From contig JBIOHC010000013.1 of NCBI GenBank assembly GCA_044448685.1, positions 408 through 64,407 of the forward strand: DNA of 64,000 nt, given 5' to 3'. Source of the stretch: Bacteroidia bacterium. GTDB lineage: Bacteria > Bacteroidota > Bacteroidia > Palsa-965. Both the position numbers and the translations under genes were made by a program. Shown one piece after another: positions 9,289-19,431 of this stretch. The notes under the pieces are model-generated. The model saw only the letters and a program-made list of their open reading frames with translations, was not told the DNA's origin and did not search any database. Numbering within the stretch: position 1 is the first letter of the stretch; the number at the start of each line of letters is the position of its first letter.

Positions 9289-10242
9289 ATGGGCATCTTC
9301 AGTTTCTTCACGAAAGACAAAAAGGATAAACTCGACAAAGGTATCTTCATTACCAGGAAGAGTTTTTTTTCCAAACTAAGCAGTGTCTTGTTAGGCAAGG
9401 CCACTGTAGATGATGAAGTGCTTTCCGAATTGGAAGAGGTGTTAATCAGTTCGGATGTAGGTGTCGATACCAGTCTTCAGATTATTGACAGAATTCAGAA
9501 ACGTGTTGCAAAACAAAGGAAGATCGGTACTGACGAACTAAACGGTGTACTGCGTGAGGAGATAGCCTCCCTGCTCCAGGAAAGTGGAAATAAGGATCTG
9601 ACGGAATTCAGTATTCCGGAAGGGAAAAAGCCTTATGTCATTATGGTTGTAGGGGTCAATGGTGTCGGGAAGACCACAACTATTGGGAAACTCAGCTGGC
9701 AATTCAAAAAAGCAGGTAAATCAGTCATTATTGGTGCCGCCGATACATTCCGGGCTGCTGCAGTTGACCAGATAAAAATATGGGGCGAGCGTGTAGGGGT
9801 CCCGGTTGTTTCTCAGGGCATGAATGCAGATCCGGCTTCTGTTGCTTTTGACACCCTCCAGTCGGCGCTTTCCAAAGGTGCGGACATTGTGATCATTGAT
9901 ACAGCAGGTCGCCTTCATAACAAGGTTAATTTGATGAATGAATTAAGTAAAATCAAAAAAGTTATGCAGAAGGTAGTTCCGGATGCTCCCCATGAAATTC
10001 TGCTGGTCCTGGATGCTTCAACCGGTCAGAACGCGATCAACCAATGCAGGGAATTTACTGCAGCTACCGATGTCAATGCCTTAGCACTTACCAAGCTTGA
10101 TGGCACAGCCAAAGGTGGAGTAGTAATCGGTATTTCTCATCAGTTCAGGATTCCCGTCAAATACATAGGTGTGGGTGAACAGATCGATGACCTACAGGTA
10201 TTCAACAAACATGAATTCGTAGATTCTTTCTTTAGTCAATAG
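9289..10242 (+). CDS. ftsY: signal recognition particle receptor FtsY
   Basis: SRP GTPase motifs GVNGVGKTTTIGKL, DTAGRL, TKLDGTAKGG. Confidence 0.95.
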   Translation: MGIFSFFTKDKKDKLDKGIFITRKSFFSKLSSVLLGKATVDDEVLSELEEVLISSDVGVDTSLQIIDRIQKRVAKQRKIGTDELNGVLREEIASLLQESGNKDLTEFSIPEGKKPYVIMVVGVNGVGKTTTIGKLSWQFKKAGKSVIIGAADTFRAAAVDQIKIWGERVGVPVVSQGMNADPASVAFDTLQSALSKGADIVIIDTAGRLHNKVNLMNELSKIKKVMQKVVPDAPHEILLVLDASTGQNAINQCREFTAATDVNALALTKLDGTAKGGVVIGISHQFRIPVKYIGVGEQIDDLQVFNKHEFVDSFFSQ

Positions 10243-10290
10243 AAAGGCTCATTTCTCTAAACATTTTATCTTTACCCAATAACCATTATT

Positions 10291-12348
10291 ATGAAGCGGG
10301 TCAGGATAATATTCAGTATTCTTCTTTTTTTTCAACTTGCTTTATTTTCTGCTCAGCGCAAGAATATAGCAGACTCCCTGCTGAAGCTTACAGATAATGG
10401 CATAACAGATTCGTTAAAGCTTTACCGCCTGAATTCAATCGGATGGAATCTTTCCAATCACGATCCTGCTCAATCCCGGGAATACGCAGAAAAAGCAATA
10501 GTATTGGCCTTAAAAATTATCAAATCCCACCCAAAGGATCTTACATCCGTTTTAAAGGAATTAGGTGCGGCATATAATACATTAGGATCTGTCGCTTATA
10601 AAAATGGAGATTTCGCACTGGCATCCAAAAACTTTCTGAATGCACTGTCAATTTACGAACATGTTCACGATAAACCGAAAATTGCAAGTCTATACAACAA
10701 CCTGGGTGGGATAGATGTGTCCGTGCATAATTACAAAGAAGGGGAAGCCTATATCCGGAAATCCATAGAGCTCAGAGAAGAAATAAGTTCAGGTAAGCCA
10801 AAAGACAAGGAAGTGAAAAGAGCTTTATCAAAGGCCTACAACAATATGGGAAGTCTTTATGGGGAACAAAATCAGTTCGATAAAGCCATGCCTTACTATT
10901 TGAGTGCTCTTAAAATTAAAGACGAAATCGGAGATACGCGCGGAGCTGCTCAAACCCGATGCAATATCGGAGAAATTTACATGAATCAGAAGAAGGAAGC
11001 AGAGGCTTATACTTATTTCCAGCAGGCCCTTGAGCTTTTCCGCAAGACAGATGATCAGGTCGGAACGGTTCTTGGCCTGGAAAATCTTGGATTAGCCTGT
11101 GCCACCTTGAAAAAATACGACGAAGGAATTTCTTGCCTGAATGAAGCGCTGAAGATTGCCCAAAAACTGCATTTGCAGGAAGATGAAAAAATTACGTATG
11201 CCAACTTTTCAGACCTTTATTCGTACAAAGGGGATTATAAAACGTCCAATCAATACTTAAGAAAATTCCTTGCATTAAAGGATAGTTTGTTGGACGAGAA
11301 AATAAACAAACAGACTTCTGAACTTCAGGAAAAGTATAAAAGCACTCAGAAACAGAATGAGATCGACCTCCTGCAGCAACAGAAAAAAAACAAGGACCTC
11401 GCTGCCAGCCGCCAAAGGCTGTTTCTATACGGTGTAGCTTTCACATTACTTCTGGTGATTATACTGGCTGTTGTCTTGTGGAACCGGAACAAATTAAAAC
11501 AAAGAGTCAACACTGAATTGGGAAATAAGAACCTGCTGATTGAAGCTCAAAAAGCAGAGGTGGAGAATCAGAAAGCCATCATAGAAGAAAGTCAGAAAGA
11601 AATTGTCGACTCTATTCACTATGCCCAACGTATTCAGCGGGCTGTTATTACCTCGGATACCTATATTTCTGGCTTTGTCAAAGACTTCTTTGCATTGTAT
11701 AAACCTAAAGCCATTGTTAGCGGAGATTTTTACTGGGCTTTGTATCAGGATAAGCGCTTTTATCTTATTGTGGCTGACTGTACAGGGCATGGTGTACCGG
11801 GAGCCTTTATGAGTTTGCTCAATATATCCATTCTGAATGAAGTAGTTATAGAGAAGAAGATTACCAGTCCGGATCTTATCCTGAATGAAGCCCGGAAAGA
11901 CATTATTAAGGCTCTGAATCCTGGAGGATTTGAAGATGCGAAGGATGGAATGGATTGTACACTTTTTGTGCTGGATCTGGAAAAGAAAACCCTCGATTAT
12001 GCCTCTGCCAATAACAGTTTTTACCTGATCCGTAACAAGGAGTTGTCTTTGCATCCGGCCGACAAAATGCCGGTAGGTAAATCACCCAAAGATCATGTTC
12101 CGTTTACCCTTCGCCATGTGCAATTGCAGGAAGGAGACCTGATTTATATGTTAACCGACGGTTTAGCCGATCAGTTCGGAGGCCCCAAGGGGAAGAAATT
12201 CAAATACAAAAAACTTCAGGAACTTATTCAAGAGAATAGCGAACTACCGCTGGAAGATCAGAAAATGTTAATCGACCGAACGATAGAAGAGTGGAGAGGC
12301 CCGCTGGAGCAGGTTGATGACATTCTTTTAATCGGGATACGGATTTAA
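10291..12348 (+). CDS. TPR-repeat sensor with one TM helix and a C-terminal PP2C/SpoIIE-type phosphatase domain
   Basis: Signal peptide, multiple TPR-like units, a coiled coil, a TM segment (LFLYGVAFTLLLVIILAVVLW), and SpoIIE motifs (DCTGHGVPGAFMS, DGMDC, TDGLADQ). Confidence 0.8.
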   Translation: MKRVRIIFSILLFFQLALFSAQRKNIADSLLKLTDNGITDSLKLYRLNSIGWNLSNHDPAQSREYAEKAIVLALKIIKSHPKDLTSVLKELGAAYNTLGSVAYKNGDFALASKNFLNALSIYEHVHDKPKIASLYNNLGGIDVSVHNYKEGEAYIRKSIELREEISSGKPKDKEVKRALSKAYNNMGSLYGEQNQFDKAMPYYLSALKIKDEIGDTRGAAQTRCNIGEIYMNQKKEAEAYTYFQQALELFRKTDDQVGTVLGLENLGLACATLKKYDEGISCLNEALKIAQKLHLQEDEKITYANFSDLYSYKGDYKTSNQYLRKFLALKDSLLDEKINKQTSELQEKYKSTQKQNEIDLLQQQKKNKDLAASRQRLFLYGVAFTLLLVIILAVVLWNRNKLKQRVNTELGNKNLLIEAQKAEVENQKAIIEESQKEIVDSIHYAQRIQRAVITSDTYISGFVKDFFALYKPKAIVSGDFYWALYQDKRFYLIVADCTGHGVPGAFMSLLNISILNEVVIEKKITSPDLILNEARKDIIKALNPGGFEDAKDGMDCTLFVLDLEKKTLDYASANNSFYLIRNKELSLHPADKMPVGKSPKDHVPFTLRHVQLQEGDLIYMLTDGLADQFGGPKGKKFKYKKLQELIQENSELPLEDQKMLIDRTIEEWRGPLEQVDDILLIGIRI

Positions 12349-12377
12349 TTTGGCTGGTTTAGCGTAATTCCGAGTTA

Positions 12378-13658
12378 CTAATACCCGTATTTCTCTCCCC
12401 AGCGTTTCTTCAGAAACTCCCTGATTTCCCTTTCCCTTGCATTATTCCCGGGATCATAAAACTTAACCCCTTTTACCGTATCCGGCAGGAATTCCTGCAG
12501 GACAAAGTTTTGATCATATGCATGGGCATATTTGTAATCATTCCCATACCCGAGTTCCTCCATGAGTTTGGTAGGTGCATTACGTATAGGTAGGGGTACG
12601 GGCTGATTTCCGGTTTGTCTGACCATTTCAATGGCTTCTTCAATTGCCATGTAAGAGGCATTGCTTTTTGGGGAAGAAGCGAGATAAACAACGGCTTGGG
12701 AAAGAATAATTCTGCCTTCAGGCATCCCGATTATATTAACCGCCTGAAAGGCATTGTTGGCTATGACCAATGCCGTAGGATTGGCATTCCCTATATCCTC
12801 GGATGCCAGAATAATCATGCGCCTGGCTATGAACAAAGGATCTTCACCTCCTTCCAGCATCCTGGCAAGCCAATAAACTGCTGCATTGGGATCTGAACCA
12901 CGCATGGATTTAATAAAGGCCGAAATAATATCGTAATGCTGTTCTCCGGCTTTGTCATACAGGGCGAGATTCTGTTGCACATGCTCCAGCACGAAGGCGT
13001 TGGTAAGCGTTACATCCCCTTCAGGTGATGACTGTATAACGAGTTCCAGAACATTCAGCAGCTTACGGGCATCTCCTCCGCTGAGTCGCAACAAGGCTTC
13101 CGTTTCCTCTAAGTTAATTTTACGTTTGTTAAGTTCCTTGTCTTTGTGGATGGCATCCTTCAGAAGCTGCAAGAGTTCTGCTTTATCCAGGTGCTTCAGA
13201 ACATAGACCTGACACCGGGAGAGTAAGGCTGATATGACTTCAAAAGAAGGATTTTCCGTCGTAGCACCAATCAGGGTTATTTCACCTTTCTCAACAGCTC
13301 CAAGCAGGCTATCTTGCTGTGATTTACTGAAACGGTGTATCTCATCAATGAATAAGATCGGTTTGGCAACCCCGAATAATCCTTGTCCTTTTGCTTTTTC
13401 TATAACCTCCCGGATATCTTTGACCCCTGAATTTATGGCGCTCAGTGAATAAAAAGGTCTTTTAAGGGTTTGTGAAATGATATAGGCAAGGGTGGTTTTC
13501 CCGACACCGGGAGGCCCCCAAAGCAGGATAGAGGGGAGGATACCCGTTTCAATCGCCTTCCTCAGGACAGCATCCGGACCAACCAGATGTTTTTGCCCTA
13601 TATAGGAGTCCAGAGATGCAGGTCGCATACGTTCTGCCAAGGGTCTTGTATCTGACAT
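12378..13658 (-). CDS. rarA: replication-associated recombination protein A (AAA+ ATPase RarA/MgsA)
   Basis: LAERMRP, Walker A GPPGVGKTTLA, Walker B FIDEIHRF, and a MgsA C-terminal domain. Confidence 0.95.
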   Translation of the reverse strand: MSDTRPLAERMRPASLDSYIGQKHLVGPDAVLRKAIETGILPSILLWGPPGVGKTTLAYIISQTLKRPFYSLSAINSGVKDIREVIEKAKGQGLFGVAKPILFIDEIHRFSKSQQDSLLGAVEKGEITLIGATTENPSFEVISALLSRCQVYVLKHLDKAELLQLLKDAIHKDKELNKRKINLEETEALLRLSGGDARKLLNVLELVIQSSPEGDVTLTNAFVLEHVQQNLALYDKAGEQHYDIISAFIKSMRGSDPNAAVYWLARMLEGGEDPLFIARRMIILASEDIGNANPTALVIANNAFQAVNIIGMPEGRIILSQAVVYLASSPKSNASYMAIEEAIEMVRQTGNQPVPLPIRNAPTKLMEELGYGNDYKYAHAYDQNFVLQEFLPDTVKGVKFYDPGNNAREREIREFLKKRWGEKYGY

Positions 13659-13712
13659 GGGATCTTTTTTACAAAGATAAAAAACCTTAAATTTGAGCTA
13701 AATCAACCGACC

Positions 13713-14165
13713 ATGAATCTAACCTCGTTTTTCCTGAGAAATTCTTTTCTTTCCATTATGTGCTTACTGCTTGCCTTGCCGGGTATGGCCCAGAAAAGCA
13801 AGAAAAACGATAAGCTTGAAAAACGCATGTATGATATAGAAGTGAAGGAAACCACAACGGAGGGGAAAAAATACGAAAAAGGTGAAGTTGAATTTACCCC
13901 GAAGGAGATTGTATGTGATTATTTTGAATCCAAACTCAAAATACAGACCATGCACTATAAAACACTGAAGGATAGCAGCTATACAGAAGAAGGAGATCAG
14001 CTGAAATATTTCAAAGTAAGAGCCACTGAAAAAGGTCAGAAAGAGGATGAACAATATGTGCTGGTTGCAGAAATAAAGGGAAAGGATATCACGGGTACCA
14101 TTTCATTAATGAAAGGTGACAAAGCGAAACGGACCTGGGAGTTTGAGGGAACACAGAAGAATTAA
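13713..14165 (+). CDS. hypothetical secreted protein
   Basis: Signal peptide and lysine-rich composition. I recognise no family. Confidence 0.5.
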   Translation: MNLTSFFLRNSFLSIMCLLLALPGMAQKSKKNDKLEKRMYDIEVKETTTEGKKYEKGEVEFTPKEIVCDYFESKLKIQTMHYKTLKDSSYTEEGDQLKYFKVRATEKGQKEDEQYVLVAEIKGKDITGTISLMKGDKAKRTWEFEGTQKN

Positions 14166-14259
14166 AACCCTACAAGGGTCGGAATGCCCTTTTTATTAAC
14201 ACCCCTCATTTAATTATTCTGCCTGCAAAAACCGGCTTTTCTATGTAATTTAGTGGCCG

Positions 14260-15042
14260 ATGAGCCATAGTCCGTTAACCCGTCCACTGATCCTGATTAC
14301 GAATGATGATGGGATTACTGCCCCTGGGATAAGGGTTTTGGCCGAGCTCATGAAAGAGCTGGGCGATATTGTTGTTGTGGCTCCAGACAAGCCTCAAAGC
14401 GGGATGGGGCATGCCATAACAATCAATTCAACCCTCCGGATTCAAAAAACAAATTTTCACGGTGCAACAGAAGAATACAGCTGCTCAGGTACTCCTGTAG
14501 ATTGTGTAAAGATTGCCGTTAACAAAATCCTGAAACGCAAACCCGACCTTTGTGTCTCAGGCATTAACCATGGGTCTAACCATTCGGTCAATGTGCTTTA
14601 TTCCGGCACGATGTCAGCAGCTGTTGAAGGGTCACTGGAGAGTATACCTTCTATCGGTTTTTCACTTTGCAACCATGACCTGGAAGCGAATTTCGACTCA
14701 GGCAGGGAATCTATTCTAAAAATTGCAAAGAAGATACTCAAAGAAGGTCTTGTGGATGGGATTTGCCTGAATGTAAATATTCCCGATGTTCCTAAAGAAG
14801 AAATAGCGGGCATTAAGGTATGCCGGCAGGCAAGAGCCAATTGGATTGAAGAACTGGATGAACGAATGGATCCGAGCGGAAAACAATATTTCTGGCTCAC
14901 CGGCAAATTTGATAACTTCGAAAAAGGCGAGACGGATACGGATGTCTGGGCCCTTGAAAACAAGTATGTATCTGTAGTGCCAATTCAGTTTGACATGACC
15001 GCCTATAAAGCCATGAAACATTTAAAAATGCTGGAAGTATGA
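14260..15042 (+). CDS. surE: 5'/3'-nucleotidase SurE
   Basis: ILITNDDGITAPGIRVL and GINHGSNHSVNVLYSGTMSAA. Confidence 0.95.
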   Translation: MSHSPLTRPLILITNDDGITAPGIRVLAELMKELGDIVVVAPDKPQSGMGHAITINSTLRIQKTNFHGATEEYSCSGTPVDCVKIAVNKILKRKPDLCVSGINHGSNHSVNVLYSGTMSAAVEGSLESIPSIGFSLCNHDLEANFDSGRESILKIAKKILKEGLVDGICLNVNIPDVPKEEIAGIKVCRQARANWIEELDERMDPSGKQYFWLTGKFDNFEKGETDTDVWALENKYVSVVPIQFDMTAYKAMKHLKMLEV

Positions 15043-15332
15043 AAAAAAGGTTCGACAACCTTTACCTTGGCCTTGGTCTCGGCATACTTTTTCCGGTCTT
15101 TGCCTATTACATTTACTACCTGTATGGGTTTCATTTCATGCCAATAAAGGTTTTCCTCGGACATCAGCGTTATAATGGAATTTTGTTGAACAATTTCAAA
15201 CTTTGCCTGATAGCTAATCTGATACCTTTTTTCGGATGCATCTATTCTGAACGGATGCAATCAGCAAGAGGTATTCTCTTTTCTATGTTCATATACGGGG
15301 CTATGATCGCCTATTTTGCATTTATTGCTTAA
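15039..15332 (+). CDS. small hypothetical membrane protein
   Basis: Three predicted hydrophobic helices. ATGA overlap with the surE stop. Sits between surE and lpxB. Confidence 0.45.
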   Translation: MKKRFDNLYLGLGLGILFPVFAYYIYYLYGFHFMPIKVFLGHQRYNGILLNNFKLCLIANLIPFFGCIYSERMQSARGILFSMFIYGAMIAYFAFIA

Positions 15333-15335
15333 GCT

Positions 15336-16442
15336 ATGAAGTACTATATAATAGCCGGTGAGGCTTCCGGAGATCTGCATGCGTCCAACCTTATGAGGGA
15401 GCTTCGTTTACGTGATCCGGATACGGATTTTCGTTGCTGGGGCGGTGATCTTATGCAAGCCCAGGGTGGCCATATTGTGAAGCATTACCGGGAGCTTGCC
15501 TTTATGGGTTTTACGGAGGTATTGGCGAACATAAGAACTATTCTGAAGAATATTGCGTTTTGCAAAAAGGATATTCTGGATTGGAAACCGGATGTGGTTA
15601 TCCTGGTCGATTATCCCGGCTTTAACCTGCGTATCGCTGAATTTGTGAAGGAAAAGGGGTTTAAAGTATTCTATTATATTTCCCCAGCAATATGGGCCTG
15701 GAAGCAGAACCGTATACATAAAATAAAACGCTCAGTTGACAGGATGTTCACAATCCTGCCTTTTGAAGAAGAATTTTATAACCGCTTCCAGATGAAAGTT
15801 GACTTTGTCGGCCACCCTTTGCTTGATTCGCTGGAACATACCAAGGAAGATGAATTAAAACTGACTTCCGGAAAACAATTGATCGCTTTGCTTCCTGGAA
15901 GCCGCCGCCAGGAAATATCACGAATGTTACCCGTAATGCTCGAATGCTCCAAAGCCTTCCCTCAATATCAGTTTATTGTTGCCGGAGCCCCCTCTTTACC
16001 CGCGTCCTATTATGAAACATTTCTAAAAGGATATGATATCAAAATAGTATTCGGACAAACGTATGGGGTACTGCGTAATGCGTATGCAGCATTGGTTACA
16101 TCCGGTACTGCTACGCTTGAAACAGGTCTCTTCCGCGTACCTGAAGTTGTGTGTTACAAAGGAGGAACCATTTCTTTTCAGATTGCAAAAAGTCTGGTAA
16201 AAATAAAATACATTTCTCTGGTCAATCTGATCATGGATAAGGAAATTGTTAAAGAGCTGATACAGGATGAATTCAATCTTAAGAATCTGAAAACAGAATT
16301 GATCAATATTACTTCCGACAAGCTTAAAAGAGATGTACAACTGCAGGGACTGGACGATCTTAAAAAGAAGCTTGGCGGGGCAGGCGCTTCGGCCCGCCTG
16401 GCGGATCACATGATCAAATACCTGAAACCGGTACATGATTAG
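15336..16442 (+). CDS. lpxB: lipid-A-disaccharide synthase
   Basis: N-terminus MKYYIIAGEASGDLHASNLMREL. Length and overall similarity fit LpxB. Confidence 0.95.
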   Translation: MKYYIIAGEASGDLHASNLMRELRLRDPDTDFRCWGGDLMQAQGGHIVKHYRELAFMGFTEVLANIRTILKNIAFCKKDILDWKPDVVILVDYPGFNLRIAEFVKEKGFKVFYYISPAIWAWKQNRIHKIKRSVDRMFTILPFEEEFYNRFQMKVDFVGHPLLDSLEHTKEDELKLTSGKQLIALLPGSRRQEISRMLPVMLECSKAFPQYQFIVAGAPSLPASYYETFLKGYDIKIVFGQTYGVLRNAYAALVTSGTATLETGLFRVPEVVCYKGGTISFQIAKSLVKIKYISLVNLIMDKEIVKELIQDEFNLKNLKTELINITSDKLKRDVQLQGLDDLKKKLGGAGASARLADHMIKYLKPVHD

Positions 16443-17607
16443 ATACTGTTTTCTTCTCCTGGCCCTCCTGCTTGGACTTATGGAGGGAAAAGCATCCCCG
16501 GTTGATATAGGCATATTCACAGAAAGCAAACCTCAGGATCTTATCATTTCTGTTTCCTCCGGAAAATATATTCTCAAAGGGGATGGCCATATAATAAGCG
16601 ATACGCTGAGTGCAAGTATTCTCGAATTCAAAAAGCTGGGTGATTCCATTTGGGTAAAGACCCTTGAACGTTCTCTCGGACACTATAAAAATATTTCTTT
16701 TCTGGCAATTGCTCCGGGAAGCAGTTTTAAACTCCGGATGATTGTTCCGGCGGTTGGTCTGCGTTTTTATGAAGATGATCTGTTACTCCGAAGCAATCCG
16801 GATCAGATTCGGCTCTGCAACCACGTCAATATTGAGAAATATGTGGCCGGAGTGGTGGAAGCAGAATCAGGTACGATTGCTGAAGAGGAATTTTATAAAG
16901 TTCAAAGCATACTTTGCAGAACCTATGCACTGGCAAATATGGGAAAACATGCCGGGGATGGTTATAACTTATGCGACAAAGTGCATTGTCAGGTCTTCCG
17001 GGGTAAAACCAAGGACCCTCATATTTATTTTGCATCCCGCTCGACCAAGGATCTGGTGGCTGTGGACAATGATCTTCGTCTTATTTCAACAACATTCAGT
17101 TCCAATTGCGGGGGACAGACCGCCAATGCCGAAGACGTATGGGGAAAACCAAGCGCTTGTTTAAAATCTGTTCCCGATTCCTTTTGCATACATATGCCGC
17201 ATGCAAGGTGGGAAAGAAGAATCTCTGTTGAAGACTGGAAAAATTACCTGGAACTTAAGCACCGCTACCCTGTAAATGACAGTATCTCTATGCTTTATGC
17301 CATGAACATGACCCGGGTCGGGAGATCGGTTTATTTTACCGACAGGGATGCACGTATTCCGCTTACAACCATACGAAGTGATTTTCAGCTCAAATCCACA
17401 TTCTTCTCGGTAGTTCAAAAAAAAGATTCAGTCATTTTTACCGGCAGAGGGTATGGGCATGGAGTAGGGCTGTGCCAGGAAGGTGCAATGCAGATGGCTA
17501 AAAGAGGCTATTCCTATGCTGCAATACTGAATTACTATTACCGTAATATCAATATCATAGATATTGACAAAATGGAATTTTTTAAGGAAGGGGAAGAAGG
17601 AAATTAA
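16435..17607 (+). CDS. SpoIID/LytB domain protein
   Basis: SpoIID signature region EKYVAGVVEAESG...QSILCRTYAL...CDKVHCQVF and GYGHGVGLCQEGA. Confidence 0.85.
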   Translation: MIRYCFLLLALLLGLMEGKASPVDIGIFTESKPQDLIISVSSGKYILKGDGHIISDTLSASILEFKKLGDSIWVKTLERSLGHYKNISFLAIAPGSSFKLRMIVPAVGLRFYEDDLLLRSNPDQIRLCNHVNIEKYVAGVVEAESGTIAEEEFYKVQSILCRTYALANMGKHAGDGYNLCDKVHCQVFRGKTKDPHIYFASRSTKDLVAVDNDLRLISTTFSSNCGGQTANAEDVWGKPSACLKSVPDSFCIHMPHARWERRISVEDWKNYLELKHRYPVNDSISMLYAMNMTRVGRSVYFTDRDARIPLTTIRSDFQLKSTFFSVVQKKDSVIFTGRGYGHGVGLCQEGAMQMAKRGYSYAAILNYYYRNINIIDIDKMEFFKEGEEGN

Positions 17608-17657
17608 GGTTAGACATAAGACACAAGAATCAGGAACCAAAGACCCTCCAGGATGTT

Positions 17658-18719
17658 CTAGCTAATCTTAAAATATCCTAAGATACCGCCGGAGAGGCTT
17701 CTTACATTTCTATATCCTTTTTTCTTCAATAGCTCAACAGCCTTCATACTTCTTTTTCCGCTTTGGCAGTGGATAATAACCGGAATATCCTTTCTGATTT
17801 CAGTTGCTCGTTGTTCCAACGTTCCCAGCGGAATAAGAGTTCCTGCTATATCAGCCTCGTCAAATTCTTCCTGCTCCCTGACATCGATGAGTTGAAATAC
17901 TTCCTGGTGCTTGATCATCTGCTGAAGTTCTTCAGGTAAAATCTCAGACGAATCGTTTATACAAGTGTTTTCATAGGGTAACAGAAAAGTCAGCTTTCTG
18001 TTTTCATCCACAGCTGAAAATTGGAAGCTGGAAAAAGAGTGATGCATGGCATCATAAACCAATATTGTTCCGCTTAGCACCTTCCCTGACCCTGAAATAA
18101 TTTTCAAGGCTTCTGTGGCCATCAGGCAACCTATCGTCCCCGGCAGGGTACCAAGAACTCCCGTTTCTTCACAGTTACCGATATCGTTTGGCTCCGGATA
18201 CAGACATCGGTAGGTGGGTCCTCCCATATAGTTGAAGACACTAAGCTGCCCTTCAAAACGATAAACAGAGCCGGAAATGAATGGCTTACCTTTCACCAAA
18301 CAAGCATCATTTACAAGGTAGCGGGTTTCAAAATTGTCGCTTCCATCTAAAATCAGATCATAATCACCAATCAAATTCAAGGCATTGATGCGGTCGAGGT
18401 GAAAAGGGAGGGAAATGATCTCAATGAATGGATTCATCTTTCGGAGCCTTGCCGCTGCACAATCAGCCTTGGATTTGCCAATATCATACGTATCATACAA
18501 TATTTGTCTTTGCAGATTGCTGGCATCCACCTTGTCCCCATCTAAAATTGATATATGTCCTATCCCGGCTCCGGCAAGATATTGAAGCGCCGGACACCCA
18601 AGACCTCCGGCACCTATCATGAGTATGCGTGCAGTCTTGAATTTATGCTGCCCTAATTCACCTATTTCAGGCAAGAGGGTATGGCGTTTGTAAAGAAGTT
18701 GTTCTTCCTTGTTAAGCAT
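17658..18719 (-). CDS. thiF: ThiF/MoeB-family adenylyltransferase with C-terminal rhodanese domain
   Basis: GAGGLGCPALQYLAGAGIG nucleotide-binding loop and rhodanese active-site loop CQSGKRS. Lies next to the thi operon. The symbol is inferred from context only. Confidence 0.8.
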   Translation of the reverse strand: MLNKEEQLLYKRHTLLPEIGELGQHKFKTARILMIGAGGLGCPALQYLAGAGIGHISILDGDKVDASNLQRQILYDTYDIGKSKADCAAARLRKMNPFIEIISLPFHLDRINALNLIGDYDLILDGSDNFETRYLVNDACLVKGKPFISGSVYRFEGQLSVFNYMGGPTYRCLYPEPNDIGNCEETGVLGTLPGTIGCLMATEALKIISGSGKVLSGTILVYDAMHHSFSSFQFSAVDENRKLTFLLPYENTCINDSSEILPEELQQMIKHQEVFQLIDVREQEEFDEADIAGTLIPLGTLEQRATEIRKDIPVIIHCQSGKRSMKAVELLKKKGYRNVRSLSGGILGYFKIS

Positions 18720-18801
18720 ATTTATACATTCACAGGAGAAAATCGTTTCTCATACAGTAAAGGTACTATGTTTTAGTTTATTAATTATCTAAATTGCTGG
18801 C

Positions 18802-19431
18802 ATGAAACTGGGGCACATTCGTGTTTATCTTTCCTTCTTTCTCTCTCTGACAGGCCCTCTTTTGTTCAGCCAGGAGTCCTATTCAATTAAGGTTCACTTT
18901 ATCTATGGATCTAAACCTAAAAAAGAATTCAGGGCTACAGAAGGCAAATGGTTCGGAGGTATTTGGGGTGGCCATGTAGGTATTGAAACGGATAGCAATC
19001 AGATACTTAATTTCGGCCCACAGGGAAAGTTTCATTGGTTTTCAAAATCGGCTAACAGACATAGCCATTTTGTGATCCATACCAGGGAAAATTTTTGGAG
19101 TATATTCAAACGAACAGAAGGCCCTGTAAAAAGATTAAGCATAGAGATTCCGATTACGAAAGAACAAAAACATCGTCTCGACAGCATTCGATCGGCTTAC
19201 CTTGCCAATACCCCTTATGACTATGCCTTTGTAGGCATGCGTTGTGCAGCTTCGGCTTATGATGTTCTTGGTCTTATCCACATAATGAAACCCTATTCAC
19301 ATGCAAGGACATACTTGAAAATAAGATACCCGGCAAAGTTGAGGAAACGATTGCTTAAAAAAGCTAAAAAAAATAACTGGATAATTATCAGAGAAGTAGG
19401 TACTAAGAAAAGAAAGTGGGAGAGGGGTTAG
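18802..19431 (+). CDS. hypothetical secreted protein
   Basis: Signal peptide and a basic C-terminal tail. Its stop overlaps the thiH stop by 4 nt (convergent). I recognise no family. Confidence 0.5.
   Translation: MKLGHIRVYLSFFLSLTGPLLFSQESYSIKVHFIYGSKPKKEFRATEGKWFGGIWGGHVGIETDSNQILNFGPQGKFHWFSKSANRHSHFVIHTRENFWSIFKRTEGPVKRLSIEIPITKEQKHRLDSIRSAYLANTPYDYAFVGMRCAASAYDVLGLIHIMKPYSHARTYLKIRYPAKLRKRLLKKAKKNNWIIIREVGTKKRKWERG

Noticed and set aside
11494-12054. 186-aa antisense ORF inside the PP2C phosphatase gene, plus similar cases at 16023-16529 (-) and 58106-58708 (-)
   Set aside because: Each overlaps a well-supported conserved gene on the opposite strand (SpoIIE domain, LpxB, alpha-oxoamine synthase) and has no family signature.
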